The notes beneath the pieces are model-generated. The model was not told the DNA's origin. It was given only the letters and a program-made list of their open reading frames with translations, and ran no database searches. Below, one piece after another: positions 47,360-60,292 of a DNA stretch of 64,000 nucleotides. The first letter of the stretch is position 1, and each line of letters starts with the position of its first letter. The stretch is taken from assembly GCF_004010195.1 (NCBI RefSeq), contig NC_057737.1, positions 7,886,799-7,950,798 of the forward strand, read 5' to 3'. The position numbers and the translations under genes are program-made. The stretch comes from Chiloscyllium plagiosum. Its lineage: Eukaryota.

Positions 47360-50300
47360 TAAATTAGGAACAGCAGTAGGCCATGTCACCCCTTGAATCT
47401 CCTCTGCCACTCATTAAGATAGTGGCTGATCTGGTTACTCGACATTCCTGTCTACCTCGAGTAATCTTTTACTCTCTTTCCTGATGAGAGTATCCATATA
47501 AGATTATTAAAGGATTGGACACTCTGGAGGCAGGAAACATGTTTCCGCTGATGGGTGAGTGCCGAACCAGAGGACACAGCTTAAAAATACGGGGTAGACC
47601 ATTTAGGACAGAGGTGAGGAGAAACTTCTTCACCAGAGAGTGGTGGCTGTGTGGAATGCTCTGCCCCAGAGGGCAGTGGTTAAGAAAGAGTTGGATAGAG
47701 CTCTCAAGGATAGTGGAATCAAGGGTTATGGAGACAAGGCAGGGACAGGATACTGATTAAGGATGATCAGTCATGATCATATTAAAAAGTGGTGCAGGCT
47801 CGAAGGGCAGAATGGCCTACTCCTGCACCTATTGTCTATTATCTATTGTCTATTGAGTCTATCTGCCTTAAAAATATTCAGAGGCTCAGCTTCCACTGAC
47901 TTTTCAAGATCAGAGTTCCAAAGACACTCAAGCCTCTGAGAAAATAATTCCTTAGCTGCCTTAAATCGGTAGCCCCTTATTTTTAACAGTGACCCTTTAG
48001 TTGTAGGTTGTAGAAAAATGCCCCGCTACATCCAGGAAGCCTCAGATTCTTGTCGATTTCAATCCAGCCACCCCTTATTTTTCTAAACTCCAATGGATAC
48101 AAGCTTAGCCTAACCAACCTTTCTTCACAAGGCAACTCACCCATTTCCAGGTATTAGTCCAGTAAACTTCCTTTGAACATTTCCACTGCATTTACGTTCT
48201 TAAATAAGGAAACCAACATCATACACAGTAATCCAAATGGGATGTCACCAATGTCCTGCACAACTGAAACTTAACCTCCCTATTTTTGTATCCAGTTACC
48301 CTTGCAAAATAATACATTCTAATAGCTTTCCTAATTGCCCGTTTTACCTGCAAATAACTTTTAACAATTCATATACTGGGATATCTAGATCCCTCTGCAT
48401 CTTAGAGATTGCTTGTTGTTTAGATAAATGTCTTTATTTTACTTCCCATGTTTCATGTTTTTTCCACATTTGCCATATCTTTGTCCACTCAGTTAACTTA
48501 TCTACCTCCCTTTAAAGATTCCTTGTGTCATCTTTACATTCTTAACTTTTTTGTGTGTGATTGGCAAGTTTGGCGATTTTATGCTCAGTCCCTTCACTCT
48601 AAGTCATTTATATAAATTGCAAAAACTTGGAGTGCCAGGACTATTCCTTGTAGCACACCACATGTTAAATCTTGACAACCGGAATATTACCCATTTATGA
48701 TCATTCTTTCTTCCCTTTCTATCCTTTATTTATGCTTACATGTTGTCCCCATAAGCTTTTATTTTCCACAATAACCTCTGAGGCATCTTATCTAAAGCTT
48801 TCTCAAAATCAATGCATTCACCAGTTCCCCTTTATCCATAGCATATGTTATTTCCTCAAGGAACTCCAGTAAATTAGATAAATATAATTTTTCTTTCACA
48901 ATGCCTTGTTGACTCTGCATGATTACTTTGAACATTATTAAGTGCTTTGTTGTAACATATTTAATATATTCTTATGTTTTCTCTGTGACAGATGTTAAAC
49001 TAACTAGCCTGCATTTCCTGCTTACTGTCTCCCTTTTTGAATAAAGAAATTATTTTTGCTATTTGCCAATGTATTGGATCCTTCCCCGAATCTAGAGAAG
49101 GTAAGAAAATCAAACCAGTCCATCAACTGTCTTACTAGCCAGTACTTGTAAGGTTCTAGGATGAAGTACATCAGGACTTGGGGACCTGTCAGCCTGCAGC
49201 TCCAACAATTTACTCAGTACCACGCTCCTGGTGATTATCATTTTCTTGTTCATTTTTCCCCCTCCTCTCTTTCCAGATTCTGAACTATTTCTGGGATTTT
49301 ACTTCTAAACACTTCAGTACACCAATACAAAATACCTGTTAATCTGCCATCTTATTTTTCCTTATTAATTCTCCAGACTCACTTTCTCTAGGACCAATGT
49401 TGACACTGTTAATTCTTTACATTTTTTGAAAATCAATAGAAAGGCTCACACTTTTTGTTTTATATTTCTAGCTGCCTTTCTCTTGTAGTCCGATGTTTCT
49501 CTCTGTATTAATGTTTCTTTAAAAAAAATTACACAACGCCAGGTGATAATCCAACAGGCTTATTTGGAAGTTCAAGCTTTCGGAGCGCTGCTCCTTTGTC
49601 AGGTAGCTCCCTGCCGAAGGAGCTGCACTCAGTGCTGTACATCTCTGACACTCCAAAAGCTTGTACTCCCAAATAAACCTGTTGAGAGGTGTTGTGTAAT
49701 TTTTAACTTCCTCCACCCCAGTCCAACACTGGCACCTCCACGTCATACTAATCTTTTGTCAGTCTTTGCTTTTTTTTATATTCTGCTGATCTTCTAACCT
49801 GTCACCCATTGTTTTGCACTTTCTTTTAAGTTTAATGCTCTCTTTAATTTTATTTAGACTGAGCCCTCTCCTTGGATTTTTTTCTTGCCGGAATGTACCC
49901 TTTCTATATAATCTGAATTATCCCCAGAAATGTCTGCCCTTCTCTATTACCTATTCCATTACTAATATTCCAGTTCACTTCAGTTCTGCTGTCACGTCCT
50001 CATAATTTCAGTTTAAAATACTAATCATGGACCCACCTGTCCTCCTCCAAGTGAATATAAAATGTAATCCCTGAAATAATTAATAAATCCTACCTCATTT
50101 CCAAGTCTTGTATAGCCTGCTCTCTAGTCAGCTCTAGCTCTGAGAAAATATCCCAAAAGCATTATATGAACTCTTCATCTATGCTGTCCTTGTCCATGTG
50201 ATTTTACTAGTCTATATGTAGATTAAAATCCCTCATGATTTTTTACAGGCTTCCTGATGAGCTCCCATTATTTCTTCATTTATACACCATCTTACAGTGT

Positions 50301-50430
50301 GGCTTGTTAGGGACCTGTGAATCACTCCCACAAGCGATATCTAGCCTTTATCACTTCTGATGTCTGCTCAAACTGCTTCTACCTCCTGATTTCCTGAACT
50401 TAGACTATTCACAACCCCTGTCCATTGTTC
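47360..50430 (-). mobile_element. Long, heavily decayed CR1-clade LINE with nested younger insertions (CR1 3' end 47497-47835 +; Penelope-type fold-back 49520-49745)
   Basis: 3' tail at the 47360 side and endonuclease-like remnants near 50200-50400. Nested ORF FPLMGECRTRGHSLKIRGRPFRTEVRRNFFT. Confidence 0.7.
49520..49745. mobile_element. Fold-back Penelope-type terminal repeat, third family (also 59675-59782)
   Basis: CCAACAGG.TTATTTGGAAG...AAGCTTT.GGAG and inverted CTCC.AAAGCTTG...CCAAATAAACCTGTTG. Confidence 0.75.
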
Positions 50431-53400
50431 TAATACTTTAACTAGTGGGTATCCACTTTTTCATTTATTCAATGACTTCAGAAGAAGCTGAATCTGGAGA
50501 GGCTGTACTCTGCTATGGAATGTTTAATATTTACCATCCAAAGTTGGCTGATTTTCAATCCTGATTTAGCAGAAGCTTTGTTATGGTAAATAATGGTGCA
50601 CTATTTCATAGCATTGTTGAAACTTAATATATTATGCTAGGTTAATTTGCAGTAAACTAGTCGAACTGTGCTTTTATATCAGTTAACAGACTAATCGTTA
50701 GAGATGAGGTTTTTGATAAGCATAACACATTGAAAGATGGAATTGCCATTTGAGGTATAATTCAAGTGCTGTTCTATTGTACAATTAATAACATTAAGAA
50801 TATCATATTATCTATCAGGTAGAAAAATAAAGTCCATTTGGTCTTTGACTGTAGACTTTTTCTTGTCCCTCATATTTAGCAAAAGATTGATCTCTATGTA
50901 TGTACTGTGCTGCATTATTAAGGCACTCTGCCTTTTAATCAGCTCTGTAGTGAGTTAATTAGGTGTCATATATCTGGAGACAACACTTTCCCATCTGAAG
51001 GAAATAAATCAAAGGTGACTCAGCTGAACGTGTTTGGTACATTCCCCAGTGTCTAACAGTGAGAGATTTGCACATAGCATAACATATAAATGGGCAAAAG
51101 GGAAGACCAAATAAGTGTGAAAGATGAGGCAATTAAATGGAGACAATTTGAATATTGTTTTTATTTGAACACAGACACTCGTTATTTGAACGATAGGTTA
51201 AGTACTATTGTCAAATCTCAGAACTTTCTTAAGTCACAGTATTCTGTATAACTAAATGAAACATTTGGAGCTTTGATTGTATTTTTCGGTGGATAAAGTA
51301 ATTCTCAAGTTATAGATATATTATCTACAGTATTTCTATTTTTTCTGAATTGCTGTGATCGTATAAGGGTTGGAAAATCCATTTGTTCCATGTTGAGATT
51401 TTTTTTAAAGGAGCTTTTAGTCCACTTTATTTGGCAGTTTGTGTTGATTGAACTAATTTTGTGTGTTTGGATAGATTATATTTAATAGCTGTAACTGACA
51501 GTAATTCTGCTTGTTCTATGACTGGCCTTATAATGTAGTTTTTAAATTTCTCCAGTGTTTCAGTTTTATGACCCGACGTTTTAATGCCATTTGTATCGCA
51601 TTTTCCAATATTGCTGATATTAGTGGTAGCTTCCAGTTGGTCTGTGCTTCTGTGGAGTGGAAATGATCCTGTCGCTTGGGTACAGAACTTATTAAATAGC
51701 TTTGTTCAAAGCTGAGTTGAACAGAAGGATCTGTTTCCATGCTGTATAGGTCTATGACTCAATGACAAGAGGAGACTAATTTAGAATATGATTTGATGCC
51801 ACACTTAATTTGGGTTTGACACAGACTGGCTCAGGTTTCCTCCCACAGTCCAAAGATGTGCAGGTTAAGTGGACTGGCTATGGTAAATTGCCGAGAGTGT
51901 CCAGGAATGTGTAGGCTAGGTGGGTTAGCCATGATAAATCCGTGGAATTGGGGATTGGGTGGGGTTTGGGTCTGGGTGGGATGCTCTTCAGACAGTTAGT
52001 GTGCAGTTGATGGGCTAAATGGCCTCTTACTACAGAGATTTTATGACCAAGGAGAAAACAAAATGAAGAACTGTTTTCAGGTTTAGACTCCAAAGTATCA
52101 CTATTTTTAACATAAATACTGCTTTCCATGTTATTGTAGACATACTGGGCTGTGCCTTACATTTACATTGATGAGAGCTAGTCTGTCTTTGTGTGGTCTG
52201 GTCCATGTTGTAGTGTGGTCCATTGTGTCTTTCAGATTTTTGTGTTCTAGCTGTGCCTTTCCTGCTATATATACTTAATGTAGTGCTACTCCCTGTCAAC
52301 TTTGCAAGGTTGCCCCAAGGTCCTGGAGCCCTTACACTAGAATCTACTTGGTTAAGAAAACTTAAATGTAGGCAGGATTCAAATATGAATCCTCAGGCTT
52401 AGAAGTTCCACACTCTGAACCCTATGACAGACTGTCGAGAAGGAAGTACGCAATCCAATATTTGCTGTTGGGCGAATGGTGGATTGGAGACTGAAGAGAA
52501 ATTATAGCACCATTGTTCGGAATACCTCCCAGAAGGGAAGACCAAGATGGAATATTTGCTTTTGGACAAAATATTTAAGAAAGCAGGCTGGACTCTGCGA
52601 GTGTGTGTGTTTGTGTATAAGTTTGTGTTTTTTGTCTGCTGGAGTTAAATAAGGAGGCCTTTCTTGCAATGACTTGTTTCAGTTAAGCTGTTTTATCTGA
52701 TTTATTCAATTAGGCTTTCACTCATTCTCAAACTTGCAAACAAAAAGTTTGACTTTTAATTTCATGACCTGTTTGAATTTGTAGTTGGTATTTTCATGGT
52801 TTTCGGTTATATCTTAATGTTGTTTTTTGAAGTCCAAACATAAACTTTTTTAATGGCATTTTAAAATTCTAATTCTGACAAATTGTCATTCTGCAAAGTC
52901 CACTTTAACATTTCTCTTGCTGACTTTACCTGTAAGTGTCCACTATTTGCCAGTGTCTTGTATAATTCAGAGTTTGGCATTTGTTCCAGGTAGCCATGAT
53001 AGGGGCAGTGAGTGTCCCTAAGCCACCTGATTTTGAAAACCACTAAATTCGATCATATGCACTTACAGGGAGGTTGATGGTTGAGGTGAGGCAAGAGTTA
53101 AAGTACTTGAGCTACCATAATGGTTGTGATCAGCTAATTCCATGCGGCCAGAGCATCTGACCTATCTACCTTTCTAGTCTGAATATTACTGAGTAAAGAT
53201 AGAAATATCAGTGGGATCTACTTACATTTACAATTGAAATCTACTCATCTTTTCCATCTGCACTTTAGAACATTTAATGCTTTGAATTATGTGTCTTTTT
53301 TCTTTACCAAAATAGCTGAAAAAAAATGCGTGTTGCATAAATAAAGAACTATAGATTTGAACTGGAACTCTGAAACAGAAACCGAAATTGCTGGCAAAAC

Positions 53401-56400
53401 TCAGCAGGTTTGCCAGTATCTATGGAAAGAAAGCAGAATTAATGTTTTGGGTGTTGTGATCCTTCTATGCTGCATAAATGTGAGTTTAAAAATCAGTCAT
53501 TAAGGAAGAAATTCCAGATGAGAACAATTTCATTTTGATCTGGTTAGTTACACTTCTGCCTCTGAATGAATAAATTTGAGGATTAAGGTGTTCAAAAAAA
53601 ACATCATAAGGTATTTTTGGAAGAAACTTGTTTTCCAAGTGTCCTGCCCACCGCCCTCCCATAATTAGTTTCATCAAAAGCAGATTAACTGATTTTCATC
53701 CCATTTTTGGTCTTTGAGACAAGCTGCACAATCCTAGGCACAATCACTCCCCTTCAGAAGTAATCCACTGTTTGTGAGGTGCTTTGGTATACATTCTAGG
53801 ATTAAGCAGGATGTGATCTATAAATAGGTTTACTATTTCTGTTGGTGCGGTTGAATTTTACCTACAGCGTTGAAATGTAGAGAAATATTGTTTTAAAAAA
53901 CTGCAGCTGATGGAAAGAATGTCAAAATTTATATTTAAGATCTTTCAAAACCTCATGATACCCAAAAGTGCCTTACAAGCAGTGAAGTGCTTTTGAAGTG
54001 TTCTGAAGTAGGAAACACATGTACGGTTTGGCAGAATCTTGAGTAAATAGATGAATTAAACATTTTGGGTCTAACGAGACATCAGTTCTATTTACTGGAA
54101 GGATCCAACCAGATGCATTCACCTTATTTTCTCCACAGATGCTGTCTGGCTTGCCATGTGTTCCCAACGTTTTTAATTTTTGTTCAAATTCCTTGGGGAT
54201 TTTGTGGTATTGTCTACTGAACTGTTCAGTTTTTTGGTTTAAACCTAACTAGTGAGGTTACATTTCAGTGATATTTTAAATTTGAAAGATGGCTAGTGGA
54301 AAAACTTGGATTTTTGCTCCTCCTACAGACTAATAGGTCATGGTTTATAAAATCTCAAAGTAATTTGACCTCATCCTGGATAAATGCAGTATAATTACCT
54401 TTATATTGCAATCTTCAAAGCATCATCTACTTTATTAGAATGACATTTACCATCTTCATCTTTAGTCAGTAATGATATTTTTTGAATGATTACTGATAAG
54501 CATAGTAATTTTCATGTTCGTCAGTGCAAGCTGCCACAGGAAAGTACATTATCTGAGTTTCAAACTCAGCTTTCAGGAAAGAAAGGATATACCAGCTAAA
54601 TTCCAACTTCCATTCTGCAGTCTTATATCGAATTCAAGCAAGGGATTTGGATTTGTGCAGCATATTGACCTCCAGGCACATAGTGTTGAAAATGGCTCTG
54701 TGTTGCAAGATTTATATTTTGGGAGGCTGAGTCAGTTATTTCAGGGAGTGATTAAATATTTTTGTGGCTGTCACACATCCAGCTCAACAGATGTGAGAAT
54801 GGAAATATTACATTGATGTAGTAAGCAATTTTGAGGCAACATTTAAAATATTTTATTAACAGGGTGAAAAGAGGTTTGTACCAGTCTTGCATGATAAACA
54901 GCTTTGCTTTGTTCTTGCTGTCTGATTTTAAAACTGCTTGTTGGGCTCTGCTTTCCTCTGAAACATGGATTGCCAATGTTTAGATTTTTATTTTGCTGTA
55001 AAAAGAAAGCCTTACATTTATATAATGCTTTTCAAGATAACTGGATGTATCAAAGCTTTGACAGACAATGAAGTACTTTTTGAAGTGTAGTAGTTGTTCT
55101 AGGAATCACGGCAACTGATTTGTGTTTCAGAAGCTCCCACCATCAATAATCTGTTTGTGACTCCATCTGTTTTCATCGTGAAGTTGTCTGAACATATAAT
55201 ATTGGCCAAGAGACTGGGCATAACTCCCCTGTTCCTCTTCAGAATAGTGTCATGGCACCCAAGCAGGCTTAAAATCTCAGTGAGAGCCAACTTTGTGCTG
55301 GACTGGAGCGAGAGCTATTATTTTGATAATTTGAGGTTATTTGGAGGAAACAAAATATACAGAATCCATGTCTCCCAGTTTGCAGTTATTAATCCCAAAA
55401 ATCAACTAAATTTAATTGAATTTTTGTATGGTGTTTTTGAATGTGGACTGAGACTTGGTGTTTGAGACACTGCCAGTTCCATTTGTTTATTGGAACCACG
55501 TAGCTGTTTCTTGCTTCAAACCACTTCCCACAGATTGCACTGCTGGCAGCAGTACAGATCAGTACGCTGTCTTGCAGCATGATTTTTGTTCCCAATTCAC
55601 AACAAGATTCAATAAGTGTGATCACTTGAGTGAGGTCAGGCCATTACTGTATTAAACCTTTGTTAGATCAGACCATGGGTGGCCTTTCGAGCTGCATGTC
55701 CTGGTCCAGTCAACTCCAGTCTGTTCACCCTGAGCATTTTTAGAGATTGAGCCAGACCACCAGCCAATAAATGTACACCACACAGCCACACCTGCAAGTG
55801 TTGCCTCACCAACATTGCCAGGATTCCTGGCTCCGGGCCTGTTGCAACCTTGAGCCATGTGGATAACACCTTCGTGTTCTCCTTGTGTTGGCCTATTCTC
55901 AGGAATTCATAGTTAAAACCTGTCCACTAGAAACAGCTTGTTAAATAAAGACCAAGTGATACCTACCCAGTGAGATTGGGTTGTTAGGTCGCCAAATTAA
56001 TTTCATTTGAAATCTACAACTGTAATATTGTAGCAAATTTTGTATTGTCCTTTTGAAAGAAAAGGACCTCATCTTCGCATACACGTCATCCAGTGGGTTC
56101 CAGCTTAGTTTATGTAAGTAAATAGAGTCTGATATTTTTATTGCTCCATGGATTTGCAGTTGAACATGTCAAGGAAATGAAATATATTTAATGTATTTAT
56201 TACAGCAGTTTTAACAGGCAAATGATCAGACCTGCGTGTTAGGTATAAACCAATGCTGGTAGTTAATTTGGACATCTTTCAACCTAATAGTTGTATACAC
56301 ACAAATAACAATGCAAGTCTTTTTTGTTAATTTCTTTGTGAAACATAAAATTGGAAGGCAGTGAGCAGAGATTAAGCAGTTCATTACGGAAGGAAGCGGA

Positions 56401-57011
56401 GAATGCTAGAAAAATGACTGCTCCTGTATAACACTTTATGAAAGTTGGGTTAATCACCACCACCTCATGGTTGAGTAATAATGTATGGAGAACTGAAGAA
56501 TAAGTCTAAATATAGATAATGTGAAAATGGAAGGAAGGAGAAATTGTCGGCGCTAACACACTTTTTTATAGCATCTGCTGTGTAAAAATGTTACATTGTG
56601 TAGAATTTCCATGCCAAGCTGCAACCTGTCAATTTTCATTCAATGAATTTCTGTAATAGACAAAATCTTAATGTATTTTTAGTTTGGCTTTTGTACTGCA
56701 GTGCTTAAAAACTCATATTCTTTCTTCTGTTCATGTATCCAGTGTTTAAATACTGCCAATAGCTCAGGATGTGGCTGTCGGTATATTTTTATATGCATTT
56801 TGAGAGATCCTATCATGTATCATTCGTTAATGCTATTTGGTTGGGTCTAAGCTGTATAGGTAGAAACAATATACCTCATTGAAGAAAACAATAGATCAAT
56901 ACTGCAAATATATTTGCATTTAGAATGCTACTGTTGCATGTTTTCTTAGTCATTCTGCAACTTTTAATTTCTCATCTGCATTTGTAAATTACCTTGTTTA
57001 TCTTTCCTTAG

Positions 57012-57104
57012 AAATCCGACTGGGAAGTAGCTGTGAAATGCATAAACAAGAAAAATCTGTCAAAATCTCAAATTCTGCTCGGGAAAGAAATCAAGATATT
57101 AAAG
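57012..57104 (+). CDS. ULK2: ULK2 exon 2 ([31 protein letters not shown])
   Basis: VAVK catalytic lysine and alphaC Glu. DWEVA and LSKSQILL fit ULK2 better than ULK1. CCTTAG acceptor, AAG|GTACTA donor. Confidence 0.94.
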
Positions 57105-57221
57105 GTACTATGTCCCTTTGATTTATCACTAGATAAGATAAAGGTTGAGAAATCGCCTTTAGTGCTTGGATTTTGCTTTTCTCCACTAAAAGTAGATATT
57201 CAAGTAAGCTGTTGTTATAAG

Positions 57222-57372
57222 ATAGTGAAGACTGCAGATGTTGGAGAGTCAGAGTAGATAGTGTTCCGCTGGACAAAGCTCTGCAGGTCGGGCAACATGT
57301 GAGGAGCAGGAGAGTCGACATTTCGGGCAGGATCCTTCTTCAGATGCTGCCTGATCTGTTGTGCTTTTTTCA
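57222..57372. mobile_element. Diverged fold-back Penelope-type insertion (family of 26453)
   Basis: GACTGCAGATG.TGGAGA.TCAGAG...GAGTCGACATTTCGGGC..GA.CCTTCTTCAG, followed by inverted GATGCTGCCTGA.CTG. Confidence 0.7.
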
Positions 57373-58188
57373 TGTCGCTGTTGTTGCCCATCAGTACTGT
57401 GCAGTGCTGTTACATTTTAGATCCTGACTCAAGAAGTTTAGTTTGACTCCTAGGTTCTGAAACTGGGTTCAAATTGGCAGGTAATGTGATGTGCATTCTC
57501 AGTATGCCTGTGACAGTTAGTGAATTATTTATTTATATTGTCATGTTGGCAGTTTCATTCTTTGGACAGTACTGCTTTTTGGAAATTGCATTTGATTTAA
57601 AACCAATTACTTTTGCACCTGCTGCAGCACATCTCGTCTTTGCATTTTGATTATCTTTCATTTCCCTCCTTGTGTTTCTTTTGAGAAACTTAATTTAAAA
57701 TCAGACTTAGGACAGTGCTTCAATTTGATTATTTTGTTGCTTCCCAGTAGCAAACATGTAATAAATAGAACATTAATTGCACTGAAAACGTAGATATTTA
57801 ATTTGCACAAATGTCTGTTTGTGTTTAATCTTTGCCAGTGTAATTGAATGCATGTTGCTTTGTTGTAGTATTGATACCCAATGTCTTAATGGAAATTTGA
57901 GGTTAAAAATCGATGCTTTGTACACATGTAACACTGCAGAAGTAGGTGTCGAGGTAACAGCTGAATACTGCTCCCCTTTGATCAATTCAGTTTGATAATC
58001 TTTCTGAACTAAAGACAGCAATTTGGGCAACTACATTTGAAAAGGTCAAATTCCTGTGTTTTCTATTTTGCACTCACATTTACAGAGCTGAAATTAAAGG
58101 GCATTGAAGAGTAAATGTTCTCAAGTTCAATGATTTTCACTGTATTTTTAATACATTTCATTAACAAATTCTGTGCTTTTCCTTTTAG

Positions 58189-58230
58189 GAGCTTCAGCAT
58201 GAGAACATCGTAGCACTTTATGATGTTCAG
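58189..58230 (+). CDS. ULK2: ULK2 exon 3 (ELQHENIVALYDVQ); gene continues beyond the window
   Basis: Matches ULK2 ELQHENIVALYDVQ. TTTTAG acceptor, CAG|GTAATT donor. Confidence 0.94.
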
Positions 58231-58852
58231 GTAATTTAGTTAATTATCGTTTGTTTTCAAAGTAATAATCTTTGAAAGAAAATTTATTATAAGTGTCATT
58301 TTGACCCAACTGGCTAAAATTGCAAGTTAGTTAATATAAAAGTGTCTGACGATTTTCTGCATCTGAATCTTGGGGACATAGGTTAATTTGATTTTACTGC
58401 TGGAAGTTTAAAATAATAAAAAGGTTATTGATTGAAGAGAAGTATTTTCTATCCAGTTTTTCTTTTCAGGATTTTTTAATGCTAAAATCATTATTAACCA
58501 CGTGTAGCATTGTCATCGTTTTACTGCCAGGGCATGGAGTCGTGGTAATACCACTCTTGCAGAAGGTTTACATGCAATTTTCCACCTATTATATTTTGTC
58601 TATAACTTTGATGACTAGCCAAGAGGTTATCAACATTTAACTCATTTAGAGAACATTGCTCTTTCTTCTGCACACTTTGGCACATTGCTGCTGTTATTGA
58701 TATGACACAAGAAAATTCAACTTTTTATTTAAATTATTCCTCCTAAAGAATTGGGCACTGAGAAGCTGAAAGCAGTAAACTAAACTTCTACTTTAGGATA
58801 GACTCCATATTATTTGCTGAGGATGAAAAAAAAACGCCTTTAGAGCATATTA

Positions 58853-59168
58853 CATTAGATTACTTACAGTCTGGAAACAGACCCTTCGGCCCAACAAGTC
58901 CACACCGACCCGCCGAAGCGCACCCACCCAGACCCATTCCCATACATTCACCCCTGCACCTAACACTACAGGCAATTTAGCTTGGCCAGTTCACCTAACC
59001 TGCACATTTTTGGACTCCGGGAGGAAACCATAGCACCCGGGGGAAACCCACGCAGACACGTGGAGAATGTGCAAACTCCACACAGTCAGTCACCTGAGGC
59101 GGGAATTGAACCCGGGTCTCTGGTGCTGTGAGGCAGCAGTGCTAACCACTGTGCCACCGTGCCGCCCA
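58853..59168 (-). mobile_element. Full-length young HE1-like V-SINE
   Basis: Near-identical to 10581-10909. Confidence 0.92.
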
Positions 59169-60091
59169 TTAAAGATGTGGTAATTGCTACATGACTGTCA
59201 ATCAATTTCTTGAGCACAGAAATTCAATAATTAAAGTTTAAAGTAGTGAATTATTTGGAAGACTAATAAAATTTTAATCTCCTAATCCCATCATTCCTTC
59301 TCTTATCTTTCTTTGTGTTTGAATTGATATTGAAATCACTTGCTTGAATTCCCTTTCCTCCTCAGTGCTCCATTGTTTTTAATCCTAAATTCCATTAGTT
59401 AAGAAGGTAAAGTTGTTGATCCTATTCATCAAGCTCACCATGTTATCTTTTCACACTTCCTGAACAAATTTGTTTTTGATTAGCTTGAGGTAATTGTGCT
59501 TTGACGAGAACCTCAAGTAAAAACACTTACTTCTGCTTCAGTATGAGATTTCTATTTTTCACAAAACTTGGCATTATGAGCAAAGTTGTAGGCAGCTTGT
59601 GCCTACCCGTGTCAGAAGCCTTTAACTCTATCTATTTATCCTTTACTATAAATTGTGTCCTATGATCTGCCCCACTAGTTACCTGACAAAGGAGCAATGA
59701 TCCGAAAGCTTGAACTTCCATATAAACCTGTTGGACTATAACCTGGTGTTATGTGAATTTTAACTTTGTCCACTTCAGTCCATCACCGGCACCTTCACAT
59801 CCTCGTCATGTATGACATGTTATTTAATTTCTAAAAGGAAACCAGAGATTAATTTAATCTTGGGCCAGATCTCTCTATATTGCAACCATGCCCATGTGAG
59901 CAATCCCATGCAGCAAAAATCCTCATAAGTTGGGCTGATATTTTTGCAACATCTTCAGATGTATTTTATTCAGGAAGATGGATGTAATTAGAAGGTTGGA
60001 CGCTGCATTGTTCTAGGGAGCAGTTACATCAGTACCGTGGATCATTAACTCATTTAGTGTGCTTTTGAGGTAATTTTAGTCGGATTGTTTG

Positions 60092-60292
60092 ATGGATGTA
60101 AGTTTGCTCGCTGAGCTGGAAGATTCGTTTTCAGACATTTTGTCACCATACTAGGTAACTCCGGCTTCACTGAAGGCTCTCTGATGTTACCTAGTACGGT
60201 GACGAAATGTCTGAAAACGAACCTTTCAGCTCAGCAAGCAAACTTAGATCCAGAACCTCAACCTGAGCTACAAATCTTCTCAAAACCCACTA
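60092..60292. mobile_element. Solo fold-back terminal repeat of the Penelope family at 19946-21823
   Basis: Two inverted copies of the terminal repeat. 10-bp TSD GGATTGTTTG at 60082-60091 and 60293-60302. Confidence 0.88.
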